64,000 bases of DNA from Yuukianura sp. NJ FZ-2021 (lineage: Eukaryota): the NCBI GenBank assembly GCA_046563655.1, contig CM102284.1, positions 248,001 through 312,000 on the forward strand, read 5' to 3'. This document shows, one piece after another, positions 25,501-39,386 of this stretch. The translations under genes and the position numbers were made by a program. Within the stretch, counting starts at the first letter, position 1. Every line of letters begins with the position of its first letter. The notes below the pieces were generated by a model. The model saw only the letters and a program-made list of their open reading frames with translations, did not search any database and was not told the origin of the DNA.

Positions 25501-28500
25501 CCTTTTTCAATTTTTCAAAAAGTTTTAAAAATTGTTTTTTAGAAAAAGTTTTGTTTCTTGTCAAAAAGTTTTTGACGGCTCACTCACACTAATATACACT
25601 GCATCATTTATGGTAGGACGCGACGATAAAGAGATTTGGTGATATTTTTAGATTTTTGTTGAGAAGTCATTGACCTTTGACCTTTGCAACAATTTTGAAA
25701 CTAAGAGCACAAAACAACTTATGTTTTGGTATTTTGTTTTACATGAGGTTTTTATGAACATAAACTGCGTTTTGTTGTGTCTAAAATTACGCGGTACTAA
25801 AAGTTTTTATTACTTTTGAGCGTCGCTCTGCGGATTCCGAGGAATAGTTATGCCCCGTTTAATTCATTTCTCATGTCAAAAGCCTTTTCGAGGTCACTGA
25901 GGCATGACAAGGATTATTTTCCCTCGGATGTCGTCAAAGTTAGGTTATTTTAGGTTATGCTTAACCTATTTCAGGTTATGCTCCGCCTCCGGATGTTGTT
26001 CAACCTAACAAAAACAATATTTGTAATCCTTTGTTCATACTACACGCATATTGCAACGTGGGGTGACTATTCCTTTGTCAATATCCGACAGAGCGTCATT
26101 TTTGATTAAAGTTGCATTGTTTGTTTGTCCATGAATCAGGTTACCCCCCCCCTTCTTTCTGGAGAAGGGGGGGGGGGGGGTTTACAGCTGTGTGTTGAGC
26201 TGGAGGGGGGGGGTCGTAAATTCGCGGGAGAGTTCAAATAAATATAAATTAAAGTTTGGGCCCCACTAAAACTTTGTTTTTTGTTTTTTTCCGTTCAGAA
26301 TTTCCCGGGACTGAGAATGGCATTTCTGTGTCGTCGTCAATTCCAGAGTCTGTTCTGGTTAAAAGAATTACAAAGACAATGGAACTCTACTAAACTTTTG
26401 TCTCAAGAAAAGGCTTTTCTGAGCATTAGACAGTCTGAGAGAGAGAGGAATCCGCTCTATTCTGAGTTTTAGTGCCATTGTTTCGTTGTGAGCCACTTTC
26501 CGGTGTGTTGTGGCGTTTAAAAAAGGAGGAAGTGAGACACGGGGTCTGAGTCTCCCCATTATTCGGCCATTCCTCTTCCCTTTGTCTCCCTCCGAGGGAA
26601 TTGTGATGAGAGCGTCTTCGAATCCTCCTCGCTCTACTCTTTTTTTTGTGATGTTGGAGAGGAACTTTGGACTGCCGGTTGGTTCCGTGATATATCTGGG
26701 CACAGGAGAAAGTTGGCTTCCTGCAGGGAGGGAGGAGGGGGATTCAAAGAGGAAAAATAAATTTCACTAATGGAAACAGGGGCGCAGAGGTAGTGAGTCT
26801 ACTGCCCTGGTTTAATCTTCAACTGTCTAGTCTTTTTACTATCCCAACATCCCACAACACAGACATCTTCTTCTGCTTAGTCGCATTTGGTCATCGCCCA
26901 ATTTATGGTCCGTATTTACAAGTAATCTACAAAAATTTGGGTCAACGCTGATCAAACATGAGACCTTTTGCTAAGTCCCCTGACTATGAAAAATTTTACT
27001 GTGAACGAGACCTTGCTAAGTCCCCTGACTATGAAAAAGTTTACTGTGAACTAGTCCAGACTGTGAACCAGACATTTTGCCAATTTGCTAATTTGGGAAA
27101 TTGGCAAATTTGCACAGGCCAAAGTTGGAAGGTGAGCAAAGGTCAGGTTGGATTGTGCTAATGTAGATGTGTTTGGAGTGTTACTTCTTTGTTCCTTGAG
27201 TGTTGTTGAGGAGTGGATTTGAGTGAATGGAGAAAGTGGGTGAGAGTGGACGGGGATAAATGGGGGGCTGGACGTGGAGGGATTTGATGGATGGGCAGAC
27301 GAGGGGAAATCAAAGAGAGACCAGCCAACATTCGTCTCTTAACCAACTTCATCCAACCACCGACACAACTCAACTTCAAATGGACAAAACGTGATCCGAA
27401 TCCCCAGTCGCCCCCCACCCCGCCCCCTTTTGGACTCACAACTCAGAAAACGGGGAGGTGGAAGTGCTTTTCTTCTGGCATGTTCTTACAACACTTCGGC
27501 TTGACCTGACGCACGTAGGTCAAATCCATTCTCATCCTCACTTCCAATGTTCAAACTTCCCGCTCAAACTGAAATTTTGGAAGTTCCACAAACGTAAGCA
27601 GTTTGATCCAGTCAGTGGACCTACTTTCTAAAAAAATTTATTTTAGAAAGTTGGTCGATTTTTTTAATTGTATTTTTTGAAATTGCATTTTTGGAAAGTG
27701 GGTTCATTAGAAAGTTGTACAATTTGAGTGGGTAATTTATAAAATGCGGGTGATGACTAAGAAGCTTATGACATAAGTAGCTCAAATCCTCCTTAATTCC
27801 CGTAATGATGAGTACAAGTAGAGGAACAAGCTATTTGGGTGAAAGCAAGCGACATTTTTAAAAACCTCAAACAAAAATCCCTAAGCTTTCTCTCCTCCAA
27901 AGTTCCTGTTCCGCTTAAAGGCTCCAAAACTCCATTGTATCTCGTCAATTTCACTTCCGTTCTCTCCCGCCGTCCAATCAACATCATTCTCAATGTGAAT
28001 CCTCTTCAAGGGATTATACATACAATAAAACTAAAATGTGTAGCACAAAAATACATCAGTTCTCAAAAAAGCTACTCTGTTTCATGAAACATTTTCAATT
28101 CCATTAAAAACGGCTTTTATGCATGAAACTTTTAGTTGCTGAAAACTCAATTTTTGTACGTGAAACTTTTCGGTTGCATAGCTTCTATTTTTTTCTGTGT
28201 GTATGTTTCGATGTTTTGCAGTTGCTAAGAACAGTGTTTTGTTGGCTGAAATTTTTACAAAGTTGCTAAAATTTATACAGTGCAGGAAAGTTGCTGAAAC
28301 TTTTAGTACAGCACATGAAAGTTGCTGAAATTTTTTTTTTTATAAACGCATGAAATCTACTCAAGAGCATATGTTTTGTCGTGAAACTTTTAAATAAGTT
28401 GCTAAAAAACTTGTCTGTGTACGTGAAACTTTGCAAATCTTGCTGAAAACGTATCTAAGCACGTGAAAGTTTGCAAAACTTGCTGAAAAACTTGTTTATG

Positions 28501-31500
28501 CTCGTGAAACTTTACAAAACTTGCTGAAAGCCGTGTTTTGTGGACATGAAATTTTTAAAAAGTTGCTGAAAATCGTGATTTTTTGGATGAAACTTTTGAA
28601 AACCTGTAGAAATTTTGGGTTTTCGTGCCGTTATGCTCGAGTTGGCTTGTTGAAGTGACTGTTGGAGCCTCGGCTGTGCTTCCAGCGGCGGAATGTTTGA
28701 TGGTTTTATTGAAAGCAGCAGGAAGTGTACTTTCTCTTATGCACATGGTGCACAGTGTGCTATATTTGTGTGCACAGTATGTTATAGTTTCAACTTGTTG
28801 TTTTGTGTCCTGAATGGAAATCTTTTGGCCCAAATTGACAGAGATGAATTGGAAAGGTCTTGGCCATTTCCCAGAATAGAAGAAAAGGAACTTTCTCTTT
28901 CCGCTCTTTCAAGAGGGAAACGTGGTCGATACTTGGCAAACAATTTACTGTTTCCGTGTAGATTTTAGGTTGATGTTGGTGTAACATTTGCATAAGAGAG
29001 TCACTTGGCCACTGCTTTCCAACCGCCAAAGTAAAACCACAGTTGTTTGCATGGCCGTAGGTTGGGCACTGGAGTGAGCTCGGAAAGCGCCGAATTTTGA
29101 AACTGAAAGCCACACACTGGCCCATTTGTGTGAACTGGAGGGATGGAAACCGCAGTTATTGCCCAACTCTATTTGTCATGGTGCCCATGGCTGCTTTTGC
29201 TGAGCCCCATTCCAACAATGGGCACAACGACTGACTAATGGGCGCCTCTGGCTGGACCAGAAGGCAACTGTGGTCTAATGAACCCCACATAAATAAAGGC
29301 TGGCTCCACCGTCCGGGCGGTAGCTTTTAAACTTTCTCTTTTTCTAAATTTCCCCGTATTTCCCGCTCTCCAGGGCTCTAAACGCTTCAATTTCAAATAA
29401 AAAAAACTCCGTTCGAATAACCAAGAATTTCCCAGATAACGTCAAAATTTCTTAGGTAAAGTCAAAATTTCCTAGGTAAAGTCAAAATTTCCCGGTATTT
29501 CCCACTGTTTCAGGCACTAAACGCTTCAATTTCTAAGAAAAACGGGAATTTCTTAGGTAAAGTAAAAATTTCCTGCCAGGAAAAAGCAAAACATGAAAAA
29601 GTGAAAAACTTTCTGAACAAAAATTTACATTTTTTTTCAACAGCAGTTTTTTTTTTCTTCATTCAAAAATTCTTTGGAAATGTTTTTTGCTGGTATTTTT
29701 TGAAGGTTTTGGCATCTGAGTATGAATCTTCCCTGCGTGTAATGAAGTTTGAGGGGAGCCTAAAAGTGTGACTTTATCAGAAAGGCGGGATTATTTTCGG
29801 AGCTGCTTTTGATGTCATTCAGGCCAATTCCAAACGTTTGTATTTTCCGTTCTTTCGTGGAAGTTGCGTCCAACTTGGGGAAAGTTGAGTAGAAAAAGGA
29901 GTTGAGAGAAAAGAGTTTTGGGAAATAGTTCTGGGAAGAACTGGGAACAATTAGGGAAGATGGAATGTGGAAAGAGCGGGAGCAATTCAAATGCCAAAAC
30001 GACTTCAAACTTTTCAACTTCCAGCAAGAAGAATGTTTCTTCTTTCCCTAACAATCTCCTTGCTCTGAGCAAAAGTCTCAACTTCACACAAACACCAACT
30101 AACAAGAAACCAATCTTGTATTACATCTTCACAAGAAAGAATTTCCAAAAACAAAAGAAAATTTTGAAGCTTCAAGAAATCGCAGAGAACAAAAATGGTA
30201 CGAGGACGAAAAAAATTGGAGAAAAAACATCGGAGAAAAATGTCAAGGAAGAAGAAAATTGTCGGGAATTTTTTTAAACCGTGAAAATTTTGGCACGAAA
30301 AATCGTTTTGCATGTTTGAAAATCTCTGGTTTTGTTGTTTTTGAAGTTTGAGCATAATTTCTCTTCTTTTTTTTTGTCGTGGAAAAACACAGTGATGAAA
30401 GGCGTCGTAATAATCGGTTTGCGTTTCTGACCCAATTTTCGTTTGGAAAGACTAAATTTTGGTGCTAAATTTTGAGCCTTTCACTCTGTTCTAAATCCAT
30501 GCTACTAAACACACATTTGTGCCCGGTTTAGCTCCAAATCCTCTCCGTTTCTCTTCCTGCGTCACAATTGGGCAAAACAAATTGAGATTTCTCACGAGAG
30601 TTTTCTCCAACCGAGAAAACGACTTTCACCAAAGCGAGGAAACGTTTCTGCACTTGTGAAAGTGGTCCACCGCCTTGTTGATTCTGTTTGCTTGGTTTCT
30701 GAAGCAGAACGAAGGTAGGAATGAGAAAAGAAATTAAGATATGACTGCAAACAAGCAGAAAGTGAAAGTAAAAGTACAGAAAAGGAAAAGTGGAAAACAT
30801 GCGTTCCAAATTGCATGTGTGAACAAGCGCGCCTTTTTTGAAATGCTAGGCACTCAATCAACCACTCAATCCAAACAAATTACTCAATAATCCAAACACT
30901 CAATTTAAGAATCTGTTCCATTTCCAGCCAAAATCAAAATCCATTTTGTAAACTCACGAATTTCGCATGTGAAACTCGCGAGTTTCACGTAATCAAAAAG
31001 CGAGAGATTTTCGATTTTTTGATTTCTAGACATGTGCACATAGCAGCTTCCGGAGTTCAGGATTTGAGAATTTCTGAAATATTGACTGTTTGCGAATTTG
31101 ACCATTCCTAGATATGTGCACTTCGACTCGTGCGAACTTTCTCTGAGACTTTTTTTTTCAAAAAGTTCTGTTTTTTTTTGAAAAAAGCGTCGGATATGGA
31201 TCTTTAGTGGAGCAGGAAGCTTTTGAGTTGGAGCCGACACTTCCTGTGACTATTTTTCAAGATTGGGGTGCTAAGTCCGTTCGTGTCCGAAATTGGAAAG
31301 AAAGTGCAGAGGGGCCTTAAGGGGCCTTGGCCTAAGCTCCTTATCATCCATGTCACATCCACTTTCCGTCCAAGGCCTCTTCCGTCCATTTGTCTTCGCT
31401 CCCAACACGTCCACAACTTTAATTTCATTCCACAATCCCACCATTATTACCACTTTTAAAGGTGAACTCTCAACTTGCCCCAGAAAAGTTTGGAGCCGAA

Positions 31501-34500
31501 CACAAAGTCTCCATTTATTGTGTTCGCAACAAAACTTTTCCAGAATTCGTCGCAACTCGCAGTTTTTGAAACCAAGGATTCCATTTTTGAAACCAGATTC
31601 CATTCCCCCCCCCCCCCATTTTTGCAAGAAAAGATTGTATTTTTGAAACCAAGGATTCCGATTCTGAAACCAAGGATTTAATTTTTGCAACCAAGGATTC
31701 CATTTTTGAAACAAAAGATTTCGTTTCTGAAACCAAGGATTCCATTTTTTTAAACGAGGATTTCGTTTTTTAACGAAAAACTTAAACTTTGTGGAAACAG
31801 AGACAGGCTAGAAATAAATTGTGAGAGTGTTGTGCTGGGTGTGCAGAATTTGGAGGGAGTAACTATAAGAAACTGAGGATTTCCGTTATTTCCTGCCTCT
31901 GCTCCAGTTGACACTTTGACTCCTGCCTTTTGTGTTTGTGGAGGAGAGACTTAAGGACTTTTGTGTTTCTAGGGAGACTTAAGGGCGGAAGTGGAGAATG
32001 CGAGGATGAGGGGGCAATATATCGTGAGAATCGAAGTGTCTCATATTGGAGTCTTACACTTTCTCCCGCACTTTGGAATCAAAGTCATAAATTAAACTCA
32101 CCCGTCGGGACGGCACTGGAAATCATGAGGAAGTTGGCGAATATCCCCCCTCGCCCGTGACCCATCAACGTCACGTTACCACGGTCACCACCAAACGCAC
32201 CGATATTCTCCTGAAACAACACAAATCCACTTTAGTATCAAAATATCCCAAAATATGCGAAATATATCAAAGTATGCCTAAGTATGCCAAATATGCCGAA
32301 ATATATCAAATACATCAAAGTTTCGCAAATATGGCAAGGTATGTCGAAGTATACCAAATATGCAAAAGTGTGGGAAATATGCCAAAATATGGGAAATGTT
32401 CCATAGTATGGGAAATATGCCGAAGTATTGAAGACAAATGACTGAGAAGCCAGTTTTCTAATTTAGAAAAAAAAAGTCTTGTTTTTTGAAAAATGGAGAT
32501 AAAAATGGGGTTTGGTTTCATTTTTCTTGTTTGGTGGTTCATTTTTCTTGTGAATTTCCCTTAGTTCACACGTTGTGTCCAGTGAAAGTTGGATTTTGTG
32601 AGTGAGAGGTTAGAGGAATGAGAGAGAGGACGTGACCCCATGTCCGAACCCATTCCGTTTCCTCCTAATCAGTCTAATAGTTACTCCCTCCTTTTCCCTC
32701 GTCTGCAGACGACATGAACAAGACGAAATCCAATAACGGCAAATGCGCAGACGTCAAAGGGCTTCCTCTCCCGTATCAATTTTCACTTGATGCTAGAGCA
32801 TGAAGCTTAACCTAACCTGTGTTTATGTCACTGTCAGAAATCGGACACTCCTGGACGGTCACTTATGCACATGACACTTTAGACATTGACATTCGGACAT
32901 TCTTATGTTTATGTTCTGTGTGACATAAGTTTCCGTCCAAGAGAGTGGTGGAACTGGTTAGTTGTCTTACCTGGACCCAGTGAAGTGCAGCAATTTGGTC
33001 GAGGAGAGCAAAATTAGCGGGAGACTTGAAGTAGCCCTCGGAATTGGCATTCAGGAAACCTGAGACAACACCACAATCCTTCAAGTCTACTTTCACTCCA
33101 CTCATAACACTCCTTAGTTTCTAATTATAGTCCTTTTTCAAAAAAAAACTAAGAAGAAAACTTTTTTTGGGTTTGTAATTTTAAAAATCCGACCAAATTA
33201 CGTGTTTACGTGTTTCCTGCTACGTGTTTCATCCATTAAACTTTTTATACCGTTTCCTTTTAAAACTCAGACAAACTTTATGGTATCACCGGTGTTCATT
33301 CTGTCACTGTATTTGAAGCCTTAAATTTTCATGTAATATTTATATTGTTAAATTTGTATAGTATATTCATATTGCATTTATATATTGTATACATATTACA
33401 TTGATATATTGGATATATAGTATTGTATATAGATATTTAAAGTTTATACTGTATAACGCTGTATGTTACTGTATGTTATGTTGGCATTGAAATGTTGCCG
33501 TGTATCGTGTTGCTTTATTACTAAATTTTCGCGTTCTATAAGTTCAGTTATGTCGTATTTTGCGATAAGTTTTGTCAATTTGGTGCATTTTGTTTTATAA
33601 CACGTGTATTAGTGCGTTGTGTTGGTTTTGTTGGAGTGTGTTATGTCATGTTGTATGAAGCTGTATCAGTTTATGTTATGTTTATTGCATATTGTAAGGT
33701 GAGTAAAGCATAAATTTGAGTAAATGTTTGTTTACCGAGTATGCCTAGGCGGTAGTTGAGAGTGACAGCAATGACTTGTCCTTGGCTGACGAGCATGGAG
33801 GGATCGTATGCATGCCCTCCTCCAAATCCATAGTCAACTCCATGCACAAACACAACCACTGGCAACAGACTCGCCTTTCCCCCAGAAACTGAAATCACAA
33901 TCCACAATCAACAAACGACACAAAACACTACGCAAACAAATCCTCTCTAAATATTGGCACACAAATTTACATCCTTCTCACTCTACATTTACATATTTGA
34001 CATATTTTAGTATGTTCTAGTCATATATCACTGAAAGTTGGAATATTTTGGTATGTTGGAATATTTTGGAAGTGAGTTGATCTTGTGCTTTGATTTCCTC
34101 GTAAGAGTCATAAATTCCCAACTTGTTTTGTTGTGTTTATCAACTCACGCTTCGTCTGGGCCAAAGAAAGCGTGCATGTAAGTTCATTTGAAGTTGCCGC
34201 CAAAAGTTCCCCTGGGCAGAGCACACTCTGTATAAGCTCTACTTCCAATTAAAGTTCTTGTGAGTTCATAAAGAGCCCAAGTGAGGAGCGGAGTACAGAG
34301 AACCTATAAATTCTAAACACTCTCCTCTTCCTTTCCTTCTTTTTCTAATGAAAACTTTATAAAGTTTGTGGAATGTGCCGCCATAACTTTGTCCTGCCCA
34401 CAGAAAGTGCAAGGAGAAAGTTGGGCCCAGGCTCCGTCCATTTAGATATCAACTTCCAAAAACCACTTGAGAAAGGAACAAGGAAATGAACGGGGAACAG

Positions 34501-37500
34501 AACGTCCATGCACGGAGCAAAGTTGACTTGTTCGAAGTTTTAGGAGTAAACGCAAAAAAACTGCTGGGTAGGACGTTGTTGGACGGCAGGTAAACGTTAC
34601 GGGATTGAAATAGGAATTCGGCAAAAAAAAGTAGGAATTGATTCAAGAACTTTAATGAACGGAAGTAAGTGGACGATTATTATTTTTAGGAAAACGGAAA
34701 TTTTTAAGGTAGAAATGGACGAGAAATTATGTCATGTGTTTTAAAATTTTACAATTTTAGTTTATTAATGTTTCGGTCCAGAAAAGTCCGTTCATGAGCG
34801 ACTTGTGATGAGGGATAAAGTGCTATAAAGTTTGAGCTGTTCTGAATTCCTGTAAACATGGCCACTTAATTTCTGGAGAGTGGCTACTATAACCCTAGTT
34901 CCAGTTTTTGATCTGTTTGAACAACTTTCAAATTGGTTTTTAATTTTCATTCCACTCTTCCAAATCTCTTCCAAAATTACTTTTTCTCTAATCGCCACTT
35001 TCTCTCTCAAAACTTCAAATAAAACAACTTATCCTACAAAAAGTGAAAGTAAAGTGATGAAAATATAGGAATGTACTGTGCATAATTTTTTAGTACAAAA
35101 ACAGTTCAAATACAGAAATGGGAAAGTAAAATTCAAACACCAAAACGTCTAAGTCACCCGGGACATAATAAATTCTGGAGTCGTTTCAATTTATAGTCTC
35201 TGATTTATAGTCTCCGAGTCTATGAATCTTATAGTTTTCGACTATCTTGGGAATTGCAGAGAAATCAAGTCGATAAGTTTTCTTTCCCAATTCAAATGGG
35301 AGACACAAAATATAAGAACTTCCTAAAATTTGAATTTCATTTTTTTTTCAAAACTGAAATTTTGAAAAGTTCAATTTTATGAAAATTGTATATAAAAAGT
35401 GTTGATGCGGCAAAACCTAAAATGTCTTCGTAATTTCGAAAGTTGGTCGCTGCTTGGTCGGGGGCATGGCGCCCTCCTGCTTTCTCCGGAAATAACAAGC
35501 ACAAGTGGCTTCATGGCCACACTGTCAAAAACTAAAAAAAATGTTAAATTTTGAAAATTTTATGAAAAAAGTTTTTGAATTGGAAGTGTACGGTTGAGAA
35601 GTTGTGGTTGAGTTGTTAACTGGATTAGGGTTGATTTAAAGAATTTTTAAATTCTCTAAGAAACGAAGTTTGAATTGAGTTTATTTTGAATTCCGAAATC
35701 GCTTTTGGCGCGCTTTGACATTCCGACCATTCGTAATCGCTTATGCTACTGCACTGAATCCTTAATATTCTCTCCCTTGGGAACACAAATCCAAAATACT
35801 AGGCTTCACTCCACACAACTGTAAGTGAAAATAGTCAAAGACACTTTCTCTTTCAACTGAAATAGAAAAAGACTAAAGAGTAGCCCAAGGACTATAAAAG
35901 ACTAAAAAGTAGCCAACGCAGTGGAATATCAAAGGACTTACTATAGGACCACAGTGCGTTTTTTCCCAGAGTGTTAGTCTCTGGCATTTATAGTCTCGCT
36001 TTCCCTCCTTTCTCCTGTCTAACATTGGCCTATAAATCACACACAGCCACATCACTCACTTCTCATCACTTTCACTCCGTCAGACACATGCACCTCTCCT
36101 CAACATCAATTTCTACTTTCACTCAAACTATTAATCCTCGATAGAAATCTTTTCAATCACACAATCATATTTTATAACATGGACAACAATTTTGATTTAA
36201 ACCGACAGCAAAAACAACAAATTTTATACTTATTTCGTGGCAAAAGCTACTTTATGCTGTTGAACTTTCTGTCTGGTTGTCTGGTTGTCTATCGCTTAAG
36301 TTAGAGCACATTCATACTTAATTTTGTAACGAAACCTATTTTATAGAATAAGTCTTGTCTGTCTGTCGGCCTGTCTGGTTGCCTGTAGCAGGCAATTATC
36401 TCAGAACGGCTCAATATTTCTCTAATGAACACATGTATTACTTATTTTGTAACGGAAGCTAGTTTATGCAACAGGCTTTGTCTGTCCGTTTGACTGTTTG
36501 TCTGTCCGTTTGTCCGTCTGTCTATCTGGTTGTCTGTTCTTGGCAATCATCCCGTAAGTGGCTGAGGATTTTAATTGCGTGTTGCGGTGCACTATAATCC
36601 GCTTTGACTCTTTCGCTACTAAAATACATCCTGTTTCACAATGATTTTATTTTTAGAATGTTCTAATATATTTTTAGTCACTTTTGACTTTGTGGTGACT
36701 TGTAGGTGATAAATTGGGGTTCCATTTGGAGTAGAACGATAAAAGGGCTTTGATCTATCTGAAGTCGTTTGGAGTACAATGGTTTATTGGGGACAAGCTG
36801 AATTGGCCATAAACAAGGAAGGTGAAAGTGATTGTGATTGACTTTCCTCTGTTCCACGAGAGAAAGAGCGGGAAATTCACGACAATTCAACACACAAAGG
36901 AGTCAATTAACTTACTCCCGCCAACTAAACGCAAAAGGAAACTCAACTCACAATCACAATCAGAGCAATTGGGAACTTAAGTCTCACAACATTTGTTTCC
37001 TCAATCAACATTCACACTTCTTCTATTTTCACAATTTTCATCAAATTTTAAAAAAAAATTCAGACTTTTTTCTGAAGTGAATAATTTCTGAAAAAATGAA
37101 GAGCAGCGAAAGTGAAAAGTTGACGAAAAGTGACAACTTTTCTCTCGCCACTTTTCTCTCAAAATGACAAATATAAGCTCAAAATTAACTCAAAGTTTGT
37201 TTTTCTTAAATAGTATTTCTATGTATATTATTATGTTATAAATCGATAAATAGATAAATGATTTAAATCACTCACCCGAGAGGGGGACGTATACGTTCAA
37301 ATAGAGACAATCCTCGCTCTGATTTCTGAGAAACGGAATAAGTCTCCTGAGAAAAGTGAGGTGGCCCTTGGGCATTGTCTTAAGGGCCTCCGTCTCGTTG
37401 TCAAGGGAGGGGAGGACTTGGGGGCAGACGGGGGGCGGGTGGGGGGTCATCTTGGTCCCCGGCCAAGGGGACCCACTGACGGGGGGCATGAAGCGGAGGG

Positions 37501-37708
37501 ATCCAACGGGGGGCGAGGCATAAGGGAGCCCCAGGAACACCTCCACCCCCTCCCAACTCCCCCGAGGGGGCAGGAACAGAAACCCGCGAACACTTCCGAA
37601 CCGCGTCGTCACTACTCGGGAACTCCACTGGCGCGAAGTTAGAAACGGAAAAAAATTGGCCAAAATGAGGAGCACTGTTGTTCCACTCACACCCTCCTTC
37701 CATAACAT
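19597..37708 (-). CDS. Nlg: Neuroligin (non-catalytic cholinesterase-like adhesion protein), 13 coding exons
   Basis: Exons approx 37708-37276, 33888-33736, 33059-32971, 32210-32102, 23555-23359, 23246-23032, 22762-22645, 22150-22046, 21753-21521, 21435-21296, 21227-20991, 20727-20521, 20381-19597. Motifs [49 protein letters not shown], nucleophile elbow GHGRG (no Ser), [37 protein letters not shown]-terminal PDZ ligand ELKV. Confidence 0.95.
28120..28610. repeat. Degenerate repeat tract of GTTGCTGAAA / CRTGAAACTTT units in a neuroligin intron
   Basis: Alternating imperfect motifs repeated more than 10 times. Confidence 0.55.
31565..31770. repeat. Degenerate ~21-bp repeat GAAACCAAGGATTCCATTTTT
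   Basis: About 8 imperfect copies. Confidence 0.7.
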
Positions 37709-39172
37709 TGTTTTTCTTTACGCGCCTAGGGCGCGAATGTTTTTGTTCTCAACGTTTCCTTCAATAACAGACCTTCATAGTTTACCTTTCTCAAACACTC
37801 TCACATTTCTGCACAAAATTTTCAAAACATCACAAATACTTCAAAATTTGATGTTTTTGGTTTCACTAATCCTCGGAAATCGCCTTTTCGCAGGATAACT
37901 TTCTCCAAATGGCTTTCACCGTTTAGCCTCCGTTTCGCCAATTAAGCAAAGAAGATGAAATCTGGTATTCAGGCGATTAGTCACCCGGGGTTGAAAATTT
38001 AAAACTGCTTTTGTGGAGAACTTGCTAAAAACTTAAGCAAAATTAGTAACTGCACCAACTTCAACTTTTTAAAATTTGAGTAAAATTCAGTAATTTCAGT
38101 AAAGTTTTGAGTAAGTTAAAAAAATTGAAGAGCACCATTTTCGCTTTCACTTTCACCGGAACGAGTCCAGGGTAAATTTGTGTAAATTGCGACGCCCTTT
38201 GCCTGTCGGTGGCTCCGCTTGTACTGAAAGTGTTCAGTGGAAGGTACTTTGGTTTCATGTGAAAGTGGCAGTGAAAGTGGTAGGCTGCGCAGAAGATTGT
38301 AGTTTCTCCTCGGAGCAACTCCAATGTACAAGTAAAAATCACATTAGGAGAGAGGCGACGTTCGGTTAGCACAGCTCTGCTTACCTTTTGTGGTGGTTCT
38401 GCTTTTCAAAAAACTTTTTAAAACAGGAGCACAATTCTTGCACACCATTCTAACTTATTCACAAACCTAAAAATGTCCACGGGCAACCACCACGCTCGTT
38501 CTGGCCCCAAACGCCTGGATTTTACGCGCTTTTGTTGCAAATAAAAAAAAAATAAGTGAATTCCATCTTTTTCTTTTCCCAAACACATACGCAGTAAAGT
38601 TTGTTATTAAAACTATTATAATTATTATTAAAATTATTAGTTTATTTTAGAAATTAGTTTATTATTAAAATTATTATAACTTATTTAAGAAACGATGCTA
38701 ATTAAACTAAGAAATCATAATTTATTTTAAAAAAAAAATGTTAAATAGTTAAGAAACATCAATTTCCAGTCGTATTTGTCAGAAAAAATGTCGCAATTAT
38801 GGCGGAAACGGCATTTAGCTACGGTAAAGCGTGGTTACAATTTGTGCGATTCTGGCTTACGTCAACCGTTGGTCCTTTTGCACTTGGATGCGGAATCCGC
38901 TATTCCGAGGATTAGTGAAGCTGCTTCAAACGCGCCAATTGGATGTTCAAAGCTTGTTTTTGTTTAGCTTTTTTGTTTTTTTTAAACTAATTTTTCTCTT
39001 GTTCTCGGCGTTTTATTTTTAGTTTTGCTGAAGGCTTTTTTTTTTGGAAAACCGCAAACCAGACAGCGTGGAACGGAAACCATCTTCATCCCTCCGTCTC
39101 TTTGAACATTGAACACGACTAAAAACTAATTGCAAAAGTAAGTAATTAAGTTAATTACAGATCAAGTTATTC

Positions 39173-39297
39173 GGCTGAGTTGCAGTTTTGTTCTTCGAAT
39201 CCACCAGCAACCATCTCACCTAACCTAAGTTAGGTTTAGGTGAGAGTGTGATTGTAATGAGATGGTTGGTGTTGGAGAACAAAACTGCAACTCAGCC
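39173..39297. mobile_element. 125-bp MITE with 22-bp perfect TIRs and 8-bp TSD (Merlin- or hAT-like)
   Basis: GGCTGAGTTGCAGTTTTGTTCT ... AGAACAAAACTGCAACTCAGCC; AGTTATTC duplicated at 39165-39172 and 39298-39305; lies in the probable 5'UTR intron of armi. Confidence 0.88.
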
Positions 39298-39386
39298 AGT
39301 TATTCAATTCATCAATGTTAAACTTATCCTATCTACGCAACTAAAACGTTTTTATACGTTTTCGGTTTCTTTGCAGGAATAGCGGG

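Noticed and set aside
26979-27051. Two-copy ~36-bp direct repeat
   Set aside because: Simple local duplication in an intron with no further structure
23556-32101. Nested genes in the 8.5-kb neuroligin intron
   Set aside because: Only short ORFs without recognisable domains or coherent exon chains; small exons or ncRNAs cannot be excluded
32102-32210. Missing catalytic Ser as a novel pseudo-esterase
   Set aside because: Loss of the nucleophile is the normal state of neuroligins
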